Assembly: GCF_006345805.1 (NCBI RefSeq)
Contig: NW_021832892.1
Coordinates: 1-32,442, forward strand
Length of the DNA stretch: 32,442 nt
Direction: 5' to 3'
From: Octopus sinensis
Lineage: Eukaryota
Every line of letters starts with the position of its first letter. Position 1 is the first letter of the stretch. Shown piece after piece: positions 1 through 10,828 of the stretch. A program made the position numbers and the translations under genes. The notes below the pieces were generated by a model, which did no database searches, was not told where the DNA came from, and saw nothing but the letters and a program-made list of their open reading frames with translations.

Positions 1-91
1 AAGAAGAAGAAGAAAACAAGAGGATAACAACGAAGACAAGATAAAAATAATAAAACAATAACAGGAAAATTTAAATTATTGTTGGTATATA

Positions 92-490
92 TAGTGGAGT
101 GGTTAAGGTGTTGGAATCGAGACAATGGACTATGGGTTCGATTCCTGCACAATGGAGTGTATTGTGTTCTTAAGCAGGGACATTGCTCGTGTCATTTCTG
201 AAAAATGTATAACAAATTGCAGTAGCAACTGGGGCTTTTGACCCTGCGAATAACTGGTGTCCCTTCCGAGCAGAAATTATGTACTTTGACAAGAGGCAAT
301 GACCTCGAAACTATAGTCCGTATGTAGTACCCGGTGTCTTCGAGGGAGGATGACCTCCCTTTGCAAACAACACAAGGACATTGAGATAGTGTCTAAAGTC
401 CTTCTGGTGACGTTGATCGCCTGGGGCTAAAAGCATCAGTAACACCCCCCACCAGTGGCTAGCCACATTCAGATGGCTGATACCCCCTTA
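92..490 (+). mobile_element. tRNA-derived SINE-like element (family C), diverged
   Basis: Pol III A-box-like TAGTGGAGTGG (92-102) and B-box GGTTCGATTCC (135-145), followed by a GTGTTCTTAAGCAGGGACA central motif resembling 22059-22080. The 3' ~90 nt (403-490) matches 20221-20317. Confidence 0.55.
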
Positions 491-663
491 CGTAATCATT
501 TAATTGTTCTTTGGAAACCAGAACTGAATCAGGGTCAATAAGTCCGCAGACTTTGAAACAGTCTCAAAACAAAAAAACATAAACACAAACACACACGATC
601 ACACAAACACACACACACGCGCGCGTGCACGCGTGCGCATATTAGAGCTAATTCAAATTTTAA

Positions 664-862
664 TTGTTTCAGTCATTAGACTGTGGCCAGGCTGGGACAC
701 AACCTCGAAGCGATCAGTCAAAAAAAAAATCACTACAATACTTATCTTTTAAACTTGGTGCTTATTATGTGTCCCTGTAATTTGGTGAAGCGCTAAGTTA
801 CTGAGACATAAACAAACCAACACCCGTTGTCAAGTGGTGGTGGGAGGCAAACTCAAACACGC
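664..862 (-). mobile_element. SINE family A, 3' half
   Basis: The reverse complement matches the family A tail (GCTGGGACAC/GGCCAG, GACTGAAACAA, TTGACAAC) seen in the fuller copies at 19060 and 22298. Confidence 0.7.
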
Positions 863-1403
863 ATATATAATACATACATAAATAGTACATATATGTGTGT
901 GAGAGGGAGAGAGAGAGAAGAGAGAGAAAGAGTTGTTATGCTCCTGGTTACGGCTAACAGCATCAATTAGTATTTAACGTTCATGACTACTATTAGTTGT
1001 CACTCATGCGGTAAATTCCCCCGATGGGCAATTCGTGTTCACTTCTCTGGATGGTAATATTATCTAGAGGGTAAATCAGCAATAATTTTAACGATACAGG
1101 ATATGGAGACTTGTTACAGCTTATTTGTATGGTTGCTATGGCCTATACGTGTTTCCGCTACACAAAGTACGGGTAGTTGCACATGCAACCAGGCATGACT
1201 TTCTGTGCAACTTCTTCAGGGTCTGTCCATTTGGCTAGTTTCGACGCGAATTGAATACAGTTAGCTGTTTGTTAGGGTTCAACGGGAGGTTGATTTAAAA
1301 CTGAAATCTCAGACGTGGAAGGAAGATTTTGAGGATGTACAAGTCCCCTTATATATATATATATATATAAGTATATATATATATAAAATAGGCATTTTTC
1401 CGA

Positions 1404-1477
1404 TGGCCGGATAACTGAAGAGATGTCGGCGTGGTTTTCCACCTCGGCATCCGAAACTCAGAGTTTTATCTTGGCTA
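1404..1477 (+). ncRNA. Type I hammerhead ribozyme fold
   Basis: Stem I TGGCCGGATAA (1404-1414) pairs with TTATCT[T]GGCTA (1466-1477), 11 bp with one bulge. Core CTGAAGA is at 1415-1421. Stem II GATGTCGG-GTGG pairs with CCAC-TCGGCATC, closed by a TTTT loop, with one extra C. GAAA is at 1453-1456, stem III is ACTC-A-GAGT, and the cleavage triplet GTT is at 1463-1465. Confidence 0.7.
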
Positions 1478-1573
1478 CCGAATAATTGTCACATATTACA
1501 TTTACAGATAAATTCCTCTATTTACATAATATCCAGGTCTCTTTCTTTCTTTGTTGTCCTACCATTTTTATCG

Positions 1574-1634
<61 letters not shown>

Positions 1635-2770
1635 TATATATAATACAAAATACACTTTATATCTTGAGATAGCTAGTAATAACAATACTCAAAATATAAT
1701 ACAGACTGGAGTTGTAGTGATCCAAATGAGCTATATTCCACTTCTTAATTTAAGCGGAGGCAATGTGAGCAGAAACTAAAGGAACATTACAAAGATCCAC
1801 ACACAAAGATCAAATACATGCATATATTCATTTATATCTACAGAACGGATATAAAATCCGACATATATAAATATAACAATATATCTAAATAGATAAAAAT
1901 CATATAATATATATAAATATATAATAATCAGTGTTACATACAAAACACAGTGAATTTACGCTTAAAATTATAAAACATTGGTAAATTAAAAATTTGGGAT
2001 GATAAAACATAAAAAGGACATATTAAAAATGACGTATTAATATTCCAGAAAAATACAGAAAAAATACAAAAATACAGAAATTAGAAAATTTTTCATCTAC
2101 TTTTTTTTCAGAGATGCGCTAATTAATACGATACATTTCATATATTCGAAACTGACACTCTCGTCATCAGGATGCTTTCTACACACAATACACAATACAT
2201 GGAAACATATACCAGCCATCTGCGAAAATATTCAGACATTGTATAGTGTATATATAGTGTGTGTATAGTGTATATATAGTGTTTTGTTTATATGCTCATT
2301 TATTGCGGGATAGCGTCCAAAGAAAACTCCTCACACGATGCCGAGTGTTAAAGAACCCTGAATGACCCAGAGCAGACAAGACTTTGCCCCGAATGACTGA
2401 GAATGGTAAATACGATATTTTGCCATAATTGAGGTTTATCAGTACCATGCATTCGAATCAGCTCGAAACAAAGTGAAAGATAAATGTATGTGTATATATA
2501 TATGAAATTAATATAAACAGCTTAATATGCTCCAGTATGACCACAGCCACATGGCTGAAACGAGCAAAAGAGTAAAGCAGTTTGCAATGTTTCATCAAAA
2601 AAGAGGATTACAAATGTCAGTAAATGTGACTAGGATGTTAGGAAACTGCTGTTTATATTAATTTCATATATACACATTAGCGAATCACTAAATCATCCCA
2701 TTATTTGGAAGATGAAAACATAAATACTAATAACGAAGCGAGTCCGCAAAGAGCCGAACAGTCAAACGGT

Positions 2771-2820
2771 ATTAACTGATGAGGCAACGGAAACTGCCGA
2801 AACTGATGCGTCTCTATTAA
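2771..2820 (+). ncRNA. Degenerate hammerhead-like motif
   Basis: CTGATGA (2776-2782), stem II GGCA/TGCC around ACGGAAAC, and GAAA (2799-2802). Stem I is only TTAA/TTAA and stem III carries mismatches. Confidence 0.4.
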
Positions 2821-2885
2821 AAATTCTCGATCGGCATTTTCGGACAATTATGGTCCCTGTTAGTGTATGTTTTCATTCATGTGCG

Positions 2886-2924
<39 letters not shown>

Positions 2925-2930
<6 letters not shown>

Positions 2931-3344
2931 TCCCTCGACTATCGCGGGTGTTATTTATTTTTATCATTTTTATAATTTGTATATATCTATTTTATTATAA
3001 ATGCAAAACAATACTCGCCTCCCGAGTTTCGTTTTCCATACAGTATGTGCCATTCTTTGTTTACTCATCTACGGTACACTACGCATTTTCTTTTAATAAA
3101 TTTTAATTAATGTGTTATACAGTGCAGAACTGTACTCTATTTTTATTTTTTAATTTATTAATTTTCAGGCGCGAGACCGCTTATTTTATCACAGAAATAA
3201 TTAAAATTTAAAAAATATATAAATACCTATCGGCCGCAGAAACAGGCATTTTACTGAGGAGTCCGCGATATAAATTTACATATATTAGCCAGAAAAATCC
3301 GCGAGTGCGAGATAGATGAACCGTGATATGGCGAGGGATTACTG
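2925..3344. mobile_element. Non-autonomous Tc1/pogo (Tigger-like) MITE, 420 bp
   Basis: The left end TAGTTATCCCTCGACTATCGCGG matches the reverse complement of the right end, CAGTAATCCCTCGCCATATCACGG. TA dinucleotides flank both sides and the interior is AT-rich and non-coding. Confidence 0.75.
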
Positions 3345-3346
3345 TA

Positions 3347-3590
3347 TATATCCCTCTCGCGTCTGACCACTGTCCGAAGTCAGGACGCCATGATAGATCG
3401 TTAGCTCCTACACGCATTTTTTTCTCTCCTTGTTTTTTTTCTGTGTATCTTTCTGTCGAAGAGCGTAGGCTCGAAACGTAAAAGACTTGTTCTATTTCTA
3501 TTCCTGAGCGCCATACTAATACATTTGTTTGTTTGTAGTCCACCTGCCTTCGTCTTTTGTTTATTTTCGTAAACCTTCCCGTTATATATA
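3347..3590 (+). mobile_element. Short hammerhead-bearing repeat unit (PLE pLTR/retrozyme-like), copy 1
   Basis: Homologous to the reverse complement of 18627-18845 (shared CGCCATGAT, TTTCTCTCCTTGTTT, GAAGAGCGTAGGCTCGAAACGT, AAAGACTT, GAGCG). Flanked by TA repeats. Confidence 0.7.
3448..3485 (+). ncRNA. Minimal type I hammerhead motif (variant core CUGUCGA plus extra A)
   Basis: Stem I TCTTT/AAAGA, core CTGTCGA-A, stem II GAGC-GTAG-GCTC, GAAA, palindromic ACGT stem III with no loop, cleavage triplet GTA. Confidence 0.6.
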
Positions 3591-3686
3591 TATATATATA
3601 TATATATGCGAGTGTGTGTAGTATGTATGGTTTTTAAAACTGGTTTTTCTATCTGTGACTAGAAATGACTTGTATACACGTATGTA

Positions 3687-3744
<58 letters not shown>

Positions 3745-3746
<2 letters not shown>

Positions 3747-3955
3747 TGTGACCGAGTGTGTACCGTTGGCGATTTTGTTTCCTCCGTCTTCCCTTCTCTG
3801 GATCTTTCCTATGTTTCTGACGAAGAGCTCCGCTCGAATCGTTAAACCCTCCTTCTTCCCTTCCTTCATGAGCGTCCAATAATACTATATTTGTTCCACG
3901 TCCTCGCGTTGTTGTGTTTTCTCTTTGTGTTTTCATGTTTGGATTAACTTTATAT
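3745..3955 (+). mobile_element. Short hammerhead-bearing repeat unit, copy 2 (diverged subfamily)
   Basis: Same layout as 3347-3590: pyrimidine-rich leader, GAAGAGC..GCTCGAA.CGT, then GAGCG..AATAC. Bounded by (TA)n on both sides. Confidence 0.6.
3813..3847 (+). ncRNA. Minimal type I hammerhead motif (GAAA mutated to GAAT)
   Basis: Stem I GTTT/AAAC, core CTGACGA-A, stem II GAGC-TCC-GCTC, GAAT, then CGT and T. Confidence 0.55.
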
Positions 3956-4019
3956 ATATATGCATACATATAATCTTATAATATAAAACAGAAGTAAAGC
4001 TTCTCAGGGTTTCCTAACG

Positions 4020-4640
4020 AAACATTAATTTATTTCGCCATTTTTCAAGCTGAGAAGACTCCCACTTTTTTCTCTTAATGTTAGAACAAATGTAGGTAGA
4101 TGTTCCTTGTACTTTGTAGATGTTTACTTCCCATAAACTCATAGATATCGTAAAATTACTTTACCTTGCTCCCCTGATGTTAAGAGATATATCAATAAGC
4201 AACAGACAATTCAACGCAGCCCTGGATGTCTTCTCTGGCAGAAGTATGATATATTCTCAGTTGTTTATGAACCATAATTACCAGCGAACTATGGCAACAG
4301 TCAAACAGAAATCAAACGTTATATCGGAGACGTGGAAGGCCAATTTAAACCCAGATATACCAACCATCTTTCGAATTTTACGCACCTTGATAAGAGACTT
4401 TCAACTACACTTTCGGCTTTAATCTAGAAACTTAAAGACGAAGGGACCAACTATGACATCTAAGGGAGGATCCTCTCCAAAGCCAGACACTATATTACCG
4501 GGTTCAAAAGAAGTTCATATGTTCACTTGAAAATATATATCTCTTAAAGAACCTTAAAGAGCCTTCAACGACTACGTAAATTTCAGGAACGGGATTTTTT
4601 TTTTTATGTCCATATTTTAAGAAGTACATCTTGACGGAAT
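4020..4640 (+). pseudogene. Penelope-like retroelement remnant (RT-EN linker plus GIY-YIG endonuclease)
   Basis: Hand translation gives PLFSLNVRTNVGR..FP*THRYRK, DVKRYINK, then from 4311 IKRYIGDVEGQFKPRYTNHLSNF...STTLSALI*KLKDEGTNYDI*GRILSKARHY, and a frameshifted CSLE. This matches the PLE linker and GIY-YIG pattern (YIG..EG.FK.RY.NH..SF...ST.LS..IW.LK). Stops and frameshifts are present. Confidence 0.8.
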
Positions 4641-4827
4641 TTAGAAATAGGCTACCAGTCACATCATAAACCATTAATATCTTGTTTACATCCTTTTGAC
4701 TTTTGTTTATTTTTATGTTGCTCATCACCTTTGTTTTTTTGTTTTTCTTTTCTTTATGAGCATCTCCTGTTCAAACTTCCTCTGCTTAAAAGTCAATATT
4801 TTGGTCTGGAAACCCTGGGTAGCTATA

Positions 4828-5030
4828 TGTGTGTGTGTGTTTGTTCTCCTACCGTCGCTTGACAACTGATGCTGGTGTGTTTACATCCCCGTAGCATAGC
4901 GGTTCAGCAAAAGATACCGATAGAATAAGTACTAGGTTACAAAGAATAAGTGCTAGGATCGATTGGATCGACTAAAGGCGGTGCTCCCACATGGCTGCAG
5001 TCAGATGACTGAAACAAACAAATGAAAATA
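4828..5030 (+). mobile_element. SINE family A, 3' half
   Basis: TCGCTTGACAACTGATGCTGGTGTGTTTAC...AGAATAAGTACTAGG...AAAGGCGGTGCTCC...GACTGAAACAA, as in the fuller copies. Confidence 0.8.
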
Positions 5031-5204
5031 CTAACAGAGGTACCCGGCGTTGCCCCGAATGAAATTGTTCCTTATATATTGGAAGAAAAACGCAAAATAT
5101 GTTGTATAGAAATTTGTTATTTGATATTCAATTTATTCTTCAATTGGGATACAATTTATTCTTTAACTGGGAAATTAATTCTGAATTCATAATACATACT
5201 ACTC

Positions 5205-5263
<59 letters not shown>

Positions 5264-5294
5264 CCTCCTCCTCCTGCTGCTGCTGCTGCGGCCG

Positions 5295-5329
<35 letters not shown>

Positions 5330-7559
5330 GATGATGATGATGATGATGATACCAAAAAAAAAACAAAAAAACAAAAGGAAAATACAAAATTTACCACTTT
5401 TATGAAAAGGATAAATTCTATCACATAAGAGCTTCTGGGTAAACAACATTCTTTGTTTCCTGGTTTGGACCATAGACAAATAAGTCTTGCGAACTATCAA
5501 CCCTGGAGCAACTAACATAAAGTTGACCATGAGAAAAACAAGGTTCAATTAAGTGCAAGCAAGTAGGTTTCAAAGTCTGACCTTGAGCTTTATTAATAGA
5601 CATTGCAAAGCAAAGTCGCACTGGAAATTCTGTTCGTCTGAACTCAAATGGCATGTCTGTTGGTTTAATTGGAATTCTTCGAATGGAAACCTCTTCCCCA
5701 GAGGCACATCCAGTGATGATGGTTGCTTCTTTCACATTAGGTGATAATGTCTTCACAACCAACCTTGTCCTATTGCATAATTTAGGAGGATCTAAATTTC
5801 TTAAAAGCATCATTATGACTCCAACCTTCAGAAAAAGTTTATGTGGAGGAGTTCCAGGTGTCTCAAGAGAATTAAGGAATTCTGTTGGGTAATGGACAAC
5901 TTAATTTTCCTCAAAGACTGAATAAATTGATTTGTACTCTTCAATGACTGTTGGAATCTTATTCATTAATTCATGGTTAATCCTTGCTACTCTTTAATTT
6001 TTTGGAGCAAGAATTGCCCTTTCACAAACCATTTATGTGAATTATAATTATTACTTAAATTCAACTGAGGAATTCGCAACGATAGCAATATGAGCCAAAC
6101 TGATATCACCATTCCCATCGAATAGTTCTTAGCCATTTCCTAATTGGAGGAGCCAGGTTGAAAACTGTTCTGCACTTTGGTCCCCACGCTAGTATTGAAG
6201 GAGAATTTCTGCACTTTATTCCATAGGTGTGAAGATTTAATGCATGTTTTTATTTCATCAGGTTTTGTTCGTCTCGGAATGACTGGTAATGTCTGTCTGA
6301 AATCTCCTGATAAAACTAATGTAAATCCTTCCATAGATTCATTGTTGCATCTTATATCTGTGTGACATGGTGCATTCATCCCAAATGGTCAGATGGCATT
6401 GGCGCAACACTTCTGCTGAACCTGAACCTTTGTTTATGCTACAAAGTGGGCAGTCATTTGTGACCAGGTTTAGCGGTGATTTAAAAGTAGAATGAGCTGT
6501 TTGTCCTCCAGGGAGAATGGTGGCAGCAAAGCCAGACGATGCTACAGCAGCTGCAATTCTTTTTTGCTGCCTCACCTTGGAGAGAAACAATGTTGTTACA
6601 AATGTTTTACCTGTGCCAGCGGGAGCATCAAGAAAGAAAATTCTTCTACTTTTCTCTCTGACTGATGAAATAATAACAATAATATGCACAGCGTTGTTCT
6701 GGAAGAAGTTTAGGTTCATGTTCATTCACAAATGCAGCCAATTTTGTGATGTCATAATTTCTCTCTCTTGCTGTCTCTAAATCACTAATTAGTTTGTTTT
6801 TGGCAGTCCAGAGCCAGACTCTTGCAAATTTTTGTCTCCCCATGACCAAAGCTTGATTTTCAGTTTCAATCAGTGCTTCATTAAGAATTCTTTCAGAGAA
6901 CTGAATATTGATATCTGGGTTAGCCCTCACGATGTTTCCTCCAAAGCTGTAGGCGACTGCCAAGTTGACACATGTTCTAGTATAATTGCAAAAAGGTTAC
7001 GGAGTTCCCTTGGAGAATCTGATACCGATGCTTCAGTCAATGCAAGATCCCAATGCTCATCATTTTCTAAAATATCTTGTTGATAGCGTGCTTTCCTATA
7101 AGTTTCTCACACATGACCATTTACCCTCCTCGAATCTTGGAATGATTTGGGACCACGTACTTCATGCAAAAGGAATCGTAAGTCGTAGCATTCTGCTTGG
7201 TTTGGGGGGGGGGCACTGTTAACTCTTGCAAGAACGTCAGCCCTCACGTTTCCTCTGGTGCCATTTATTGTTTCTCCATGTGTAATACTTGGGTAATTGT
7301 GGGTAAAGGAGTTTTCTTGTATCTTTTCTACTTGCTACAAATGAAAAAAGGCAGTAAGGGTAGTTTCTTTTGGAGAAAGTGCTTGTTGCAAGGCTGCTTG
7401 CTTTGTAATAATAGCCCTGTGGCCATTCTCTAGATTGACGCTCAGATGAATGATGGTTGTGTGCCTCTCTTGAATGAGAACATTGAAGATGCGCCAAAAA
7501 GTCTGATGTAGCTTCCTCCGTCATACCGCGCAACTTCGTCATTTTTATTAGACATCGCT

Positions 7560-7560
<1 letters not shown>
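5031..7560 (-). mobile_element. Helitron, 5'-truncated, with intact 3' terminus
   Basis: Decayed Rep-Hel coding region (next feature). The minus-strand 3' end reads GGGGCAACGCCGGG (GC hairpin, plus strand 5043-5057), then TACCTCTG, then TTAG|T at 5031, i.e. a CTAG variant followed by the target T. Confidence 0.85.
5421..7545 (-). pseudogene. Helitron Rep (C-terminal part)-PIF1 family helicase, fragmented
   Basis: PIF1 motifs: FFLDAPAGTGKTF (Walker A), IWDECTMSH (Walker B), [61 protein letters not shown]. Upstream Rep-region segments: NKNDEVARY and LYPQLPKYYTW. Multiple stops and frameshifts. Confidence 0.9.
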
Positions 7561-7608
<48 letters not shown>

Positions 7609-7728
7609 CACGCACGCACACATACATACAAAAAAGATGTATGCATATGTATTTATATATGTACGTATACATGACAATACACCCTTCACTCACTCTCTCT
7701 CACACATACACACACGCACAAACACATA

Positions 7729-8778
7729 CGAGGGGAGTTCAATAAGTAATGCCCCTGACCCACTTCCCATAACAGTAGAGCAATGAAACTTGGCACAGTT
7801 ATTAGTCTTTAACTACATAGGAACCACCCAGAGTTATGCATTTCTCTCATCGTTTGATGCAGCTCTGGAGACCGTTTTTGTAGAAGACCCCAGCTTGGTC
7901 CTCCAACCACGACGTGACTTCAGAAATCAAGGCAGCATCATCTGGGAAACGCTTTCCTTTCTAAAACAACTTCATGGCTGAGAAGAGGTGAAATCAGAGG
8001 GTGCAAGGTCAGGAGAGTAGGGGGCATGGGGGAGGAGTTCATAGCCGCACGCCTGTGCTTCTGATCTGGCGCCACGCGAGTTGTGGACCGGAGCGTTGTC
8101 CTGCAGGAGGAGGATGCCTTTGCTGATCTTGCCCCGCCTCCTGATTTTGATAGCTTCTCTTAATTTCCTCAAAAGTGAAGCATAATAGGCTCCTGTAATT
8201 GTGGTACCCTTTGCCAGGAAATCTGTCATCACTACTCCGTCCTGGTCCCAGAAGACTGTGAGCATGACCTTGCCAGCGGAGGGCTGCATCCTTGCCTTCT
8301 TTGGAGGAGGTGAGTCACGGTGCTTCCACTGCATTCACTGGGCTTTGGTCTCTGGATCATTGTGATGGACCCAGGTTTCATCCTGTGTAATCAGTCTTTT
8401 GAAAAATTTTGACTCATCTTCTTGGCACATCTCCAAATTCATCCTCGAGCACTCAACGCGTTCTTGCTTCTGGAAAGGTGTGAGCAACCTGGAAATCCAT
8501 CTGGCAGACACCTTTTGCATATGCAAATGGTCATGAATGATAGTTTCCACAGACCCGGCATTAATCTTGACCTCATCGGCTATTTGGCGAATAGTTATGC
8601 GTCGATCTTCCAAAATGGCAGCCTCAACTTGACGGACAGATGCCTCATCAATGGCAGAAGGGGGGCGACCAGATCTGGGAGCTGTTTCCACAGAGTTCCG
8701 ACCATGTTTGAATTCACGATGCCAACTTTTTACATAACTGCAAGTGGGTCAGAGGCATTACTTATTGAACGTCCCTCG
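7729..8778 (-). mobile_element. mariner (DD34D) transposon, both TIRs, internally deleted
   Basis: 37-bp TIRs (7729-7765 and 8742-8778) with 34/37 identity, and TA flanks. Transposase motifs: RSGRP, VSARWI, ITQDETWVHH, LLQDNAPVH, PYSPDLAPSDF. One in-frame stop (8335-8337), a C-terminal frameshift, and the N-terminal HTH is missing. Confidence 0.95.
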
Positions 8779-9036
8779 TACATACATAAACGTATACAAA
8801 CGTACATACTAAAACATACGTGTGCATGTGTGATTGACTACAAGTACATGGAGCAGGACACAGCGCACGCAAAGTAAATAGACAAAACATTTTCACGGAA
8901 ATTAACGAACTTTGCTGGTTCAAGCAAAAGAACGGCCATATTTTTTGGATGCTTCATGTTGAATTGCAAAATTCTGTGATATTTATGTAATAACGAAATC
9001 AAACCTGGTGTGTGTGTGTGATAGAGATAGAGATAT

Positions 9037-9077
<41 letters not shown>

Positions 9078-9600
9078 AGAGAGAGAGAGACGGCGGAGAG
9101 ATAACATTGCAAACAATGAATGAATCAAACATGAAATGAAAAAACCGTATAACTAAAAGCTCGTTAAAAACATTTTTGTACCGAATATTTAAATTTGTGA
9201 ACTTAGTAAATTATTTCCTTCAGTAATTTATCGTAGTTGTTTGCAAATAGCGAATTAAAACTTGAAATTAAAATATTAAAATAGAGAGTGAGAAGTTTTG
9301 CAAACGAAAACGGAAGATTTCGCTGTTGCTACGTCATTGCCAGAAGCTGACATTGAGAAACCTTTTTAAGAAGTTAATCATATACATAAAGCAATATTAT
9401 TTATTTTTAATGAAAATATAAACTGAAGACCCTAGGTCAAGTTATTCATGCATCCCAAATATGGAAACAATTCGTGCAACCGTTTTCGCATGGAAAGAGA
9501 ATACACACCCATGAGTCTATTTTAAATAAGAATATATATATATATATACACACATACATATACACGCACACACATACACACACATATATATAACTTTTGG

Positions 9601-9870
9601 ATTTGTTTCAGCTTTAAAGTGCGGTCATGCTGGGGCATATATAAATATATATATATATATACACACATACATATATATATATATATATAAACACACATCC
9701 ACACACAGACACACATACACGCACAAACACGCATGCACAGACACACACACACAAACACACGAACACATGAAAAGCCTCCGCACAGTTTTCGCTTTTGCAA
9801 GTTCTGCTCACAAAGCATTGGTCAATGTCGGAACCACGTGACTTCGAAGTAAACTTTGTCACCACGCGGC
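9601..9870 (-). mobile_element. SINE family A, heavily decayed (tail and head separated by microsatellite)
   Basis: TTTGTTTCAGC..TGCGGTCATGCTGGGGCA tail at 9601-9637 and a diverged head at ~9770-9870. Confidence 0.45.
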
Positions 9871-10002
9871 TATAATTAAATCAGAAGAAAATTGAAATGA
9901 CGCTCTAATTATTAAAAGCTGTTCCACTCTTTTATTTCAGACTGAAACCATTTCAAAAGTGCTTTTGTCAATGTTTTCACAATTTGGCACATGACGCGGC
10001 GA

Positions 10003-10039
10003 TGGTAGTAGTAGTAGTAGTAGTAGTAGCAGCAGCAGC

Positions 10040-10093
<54 letters not shown>

Positions 10094-10395
10094 ATAGTAG
10101 TAGTAGTAGTAGTAGTAGCGATCGTGATGGTAGTAATAGTAATAGTTGTAATACTAGTATTGGTGGTAGTGGTGGTGGTGGTGGTGGTGGTGGTTGTAGT
10201 GGGGGGTCACAGTAACAGAAGCAGTAGTGGTAGTGTTAATAGTAGTAGTAGTGTTAATAGTAGTAGTAGTTGTAGTAGTAGTAGTGGTAGCGGCAGCAGC
10301 AGCAGCAGTAACGCATTGGCAGCAGTAGGAATGGTGGTCTTAGTGGTGGTGGTGTTGCAGTCAGCTATAGTAGCAGCAGCGCAGCAGCAGCAGCA
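10003..10395. repeat. Compound (TAG/CAG/GGT)n trinucleotide microsatellite
   Basis: Directly visible repeats. Confidence 0.95.
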
Positions 10396-10828
10396 GTTCT
10401 CTGTTCGCTAATGGTTATGTAATCATATCAACGCAGAGTCAAACACATGACATTTTTTTTTTGTAACTATTTCAAAACCACGTGATCAGTTCACCGAATT
10501 AAAAACTGGTTCAAAATACAGTTTATAATACGGATCAGTGGTGTGAGTCTGTGTGTGTGTATGTGTGTGTGTGTGTGTGGGGGGGGCTTTATGTATGTTG
10601 GTGCTTGTGCATGCTTGTGTGCATATGTATGTGTGTGTGTGTGTTTGTGTGTGTGTGCGTGTTAAAAAACTGGCTGTGTGATTCTAGATACGTAAATGTT
10701 TATGTAACTTTTACGTATCTCAGTATTCGTTTATACCTACCGACTTTGCTAGTGTATACATTTTATGTTTGTGTGTGTTTGCGTGTGTATATGAGTGTAT
10801 GTATGCACGTACACACTCACACACACAC

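Noticed and set aside
92-145. tRNA gene-like A and B boxes here and at other SINE heads
   Set aside because: No complete cloverleaf or acceptor stem was found, and each continues into SINE body sequence.
1141-1225. Minus-strand CTGAAGA (1219-1213) with a 9-bp hairpin AGTTGCACA/TGTGCAACT and a downstream GAAACACGTA
   Set aside because: Stem II does not close onto GAAA and no stem I pairing was found. It may be a very old hammerhead but is not supportable.
2111-2180. Minus-strand CTGATGA (2170-2164) with a later GAAA...GTA
   Set aside because: There is no stem II closing pair and no stem I complementarity.
8936-9463. Short inverse similarity CCATATTT..GGATGC..CATG (8936-8960 versus 9445-9463), suggesting a DNA transposon
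   Set aside because: The match is too short and gapped, and no termini or TSD could be defined.
9941-9994. Acceptor followed by TETISKVLLSMFSQFGT*, resembling an RRM 'FSQFG' segment
   Set aside because: It has an immediate stop, no donor, and only a short motif match.
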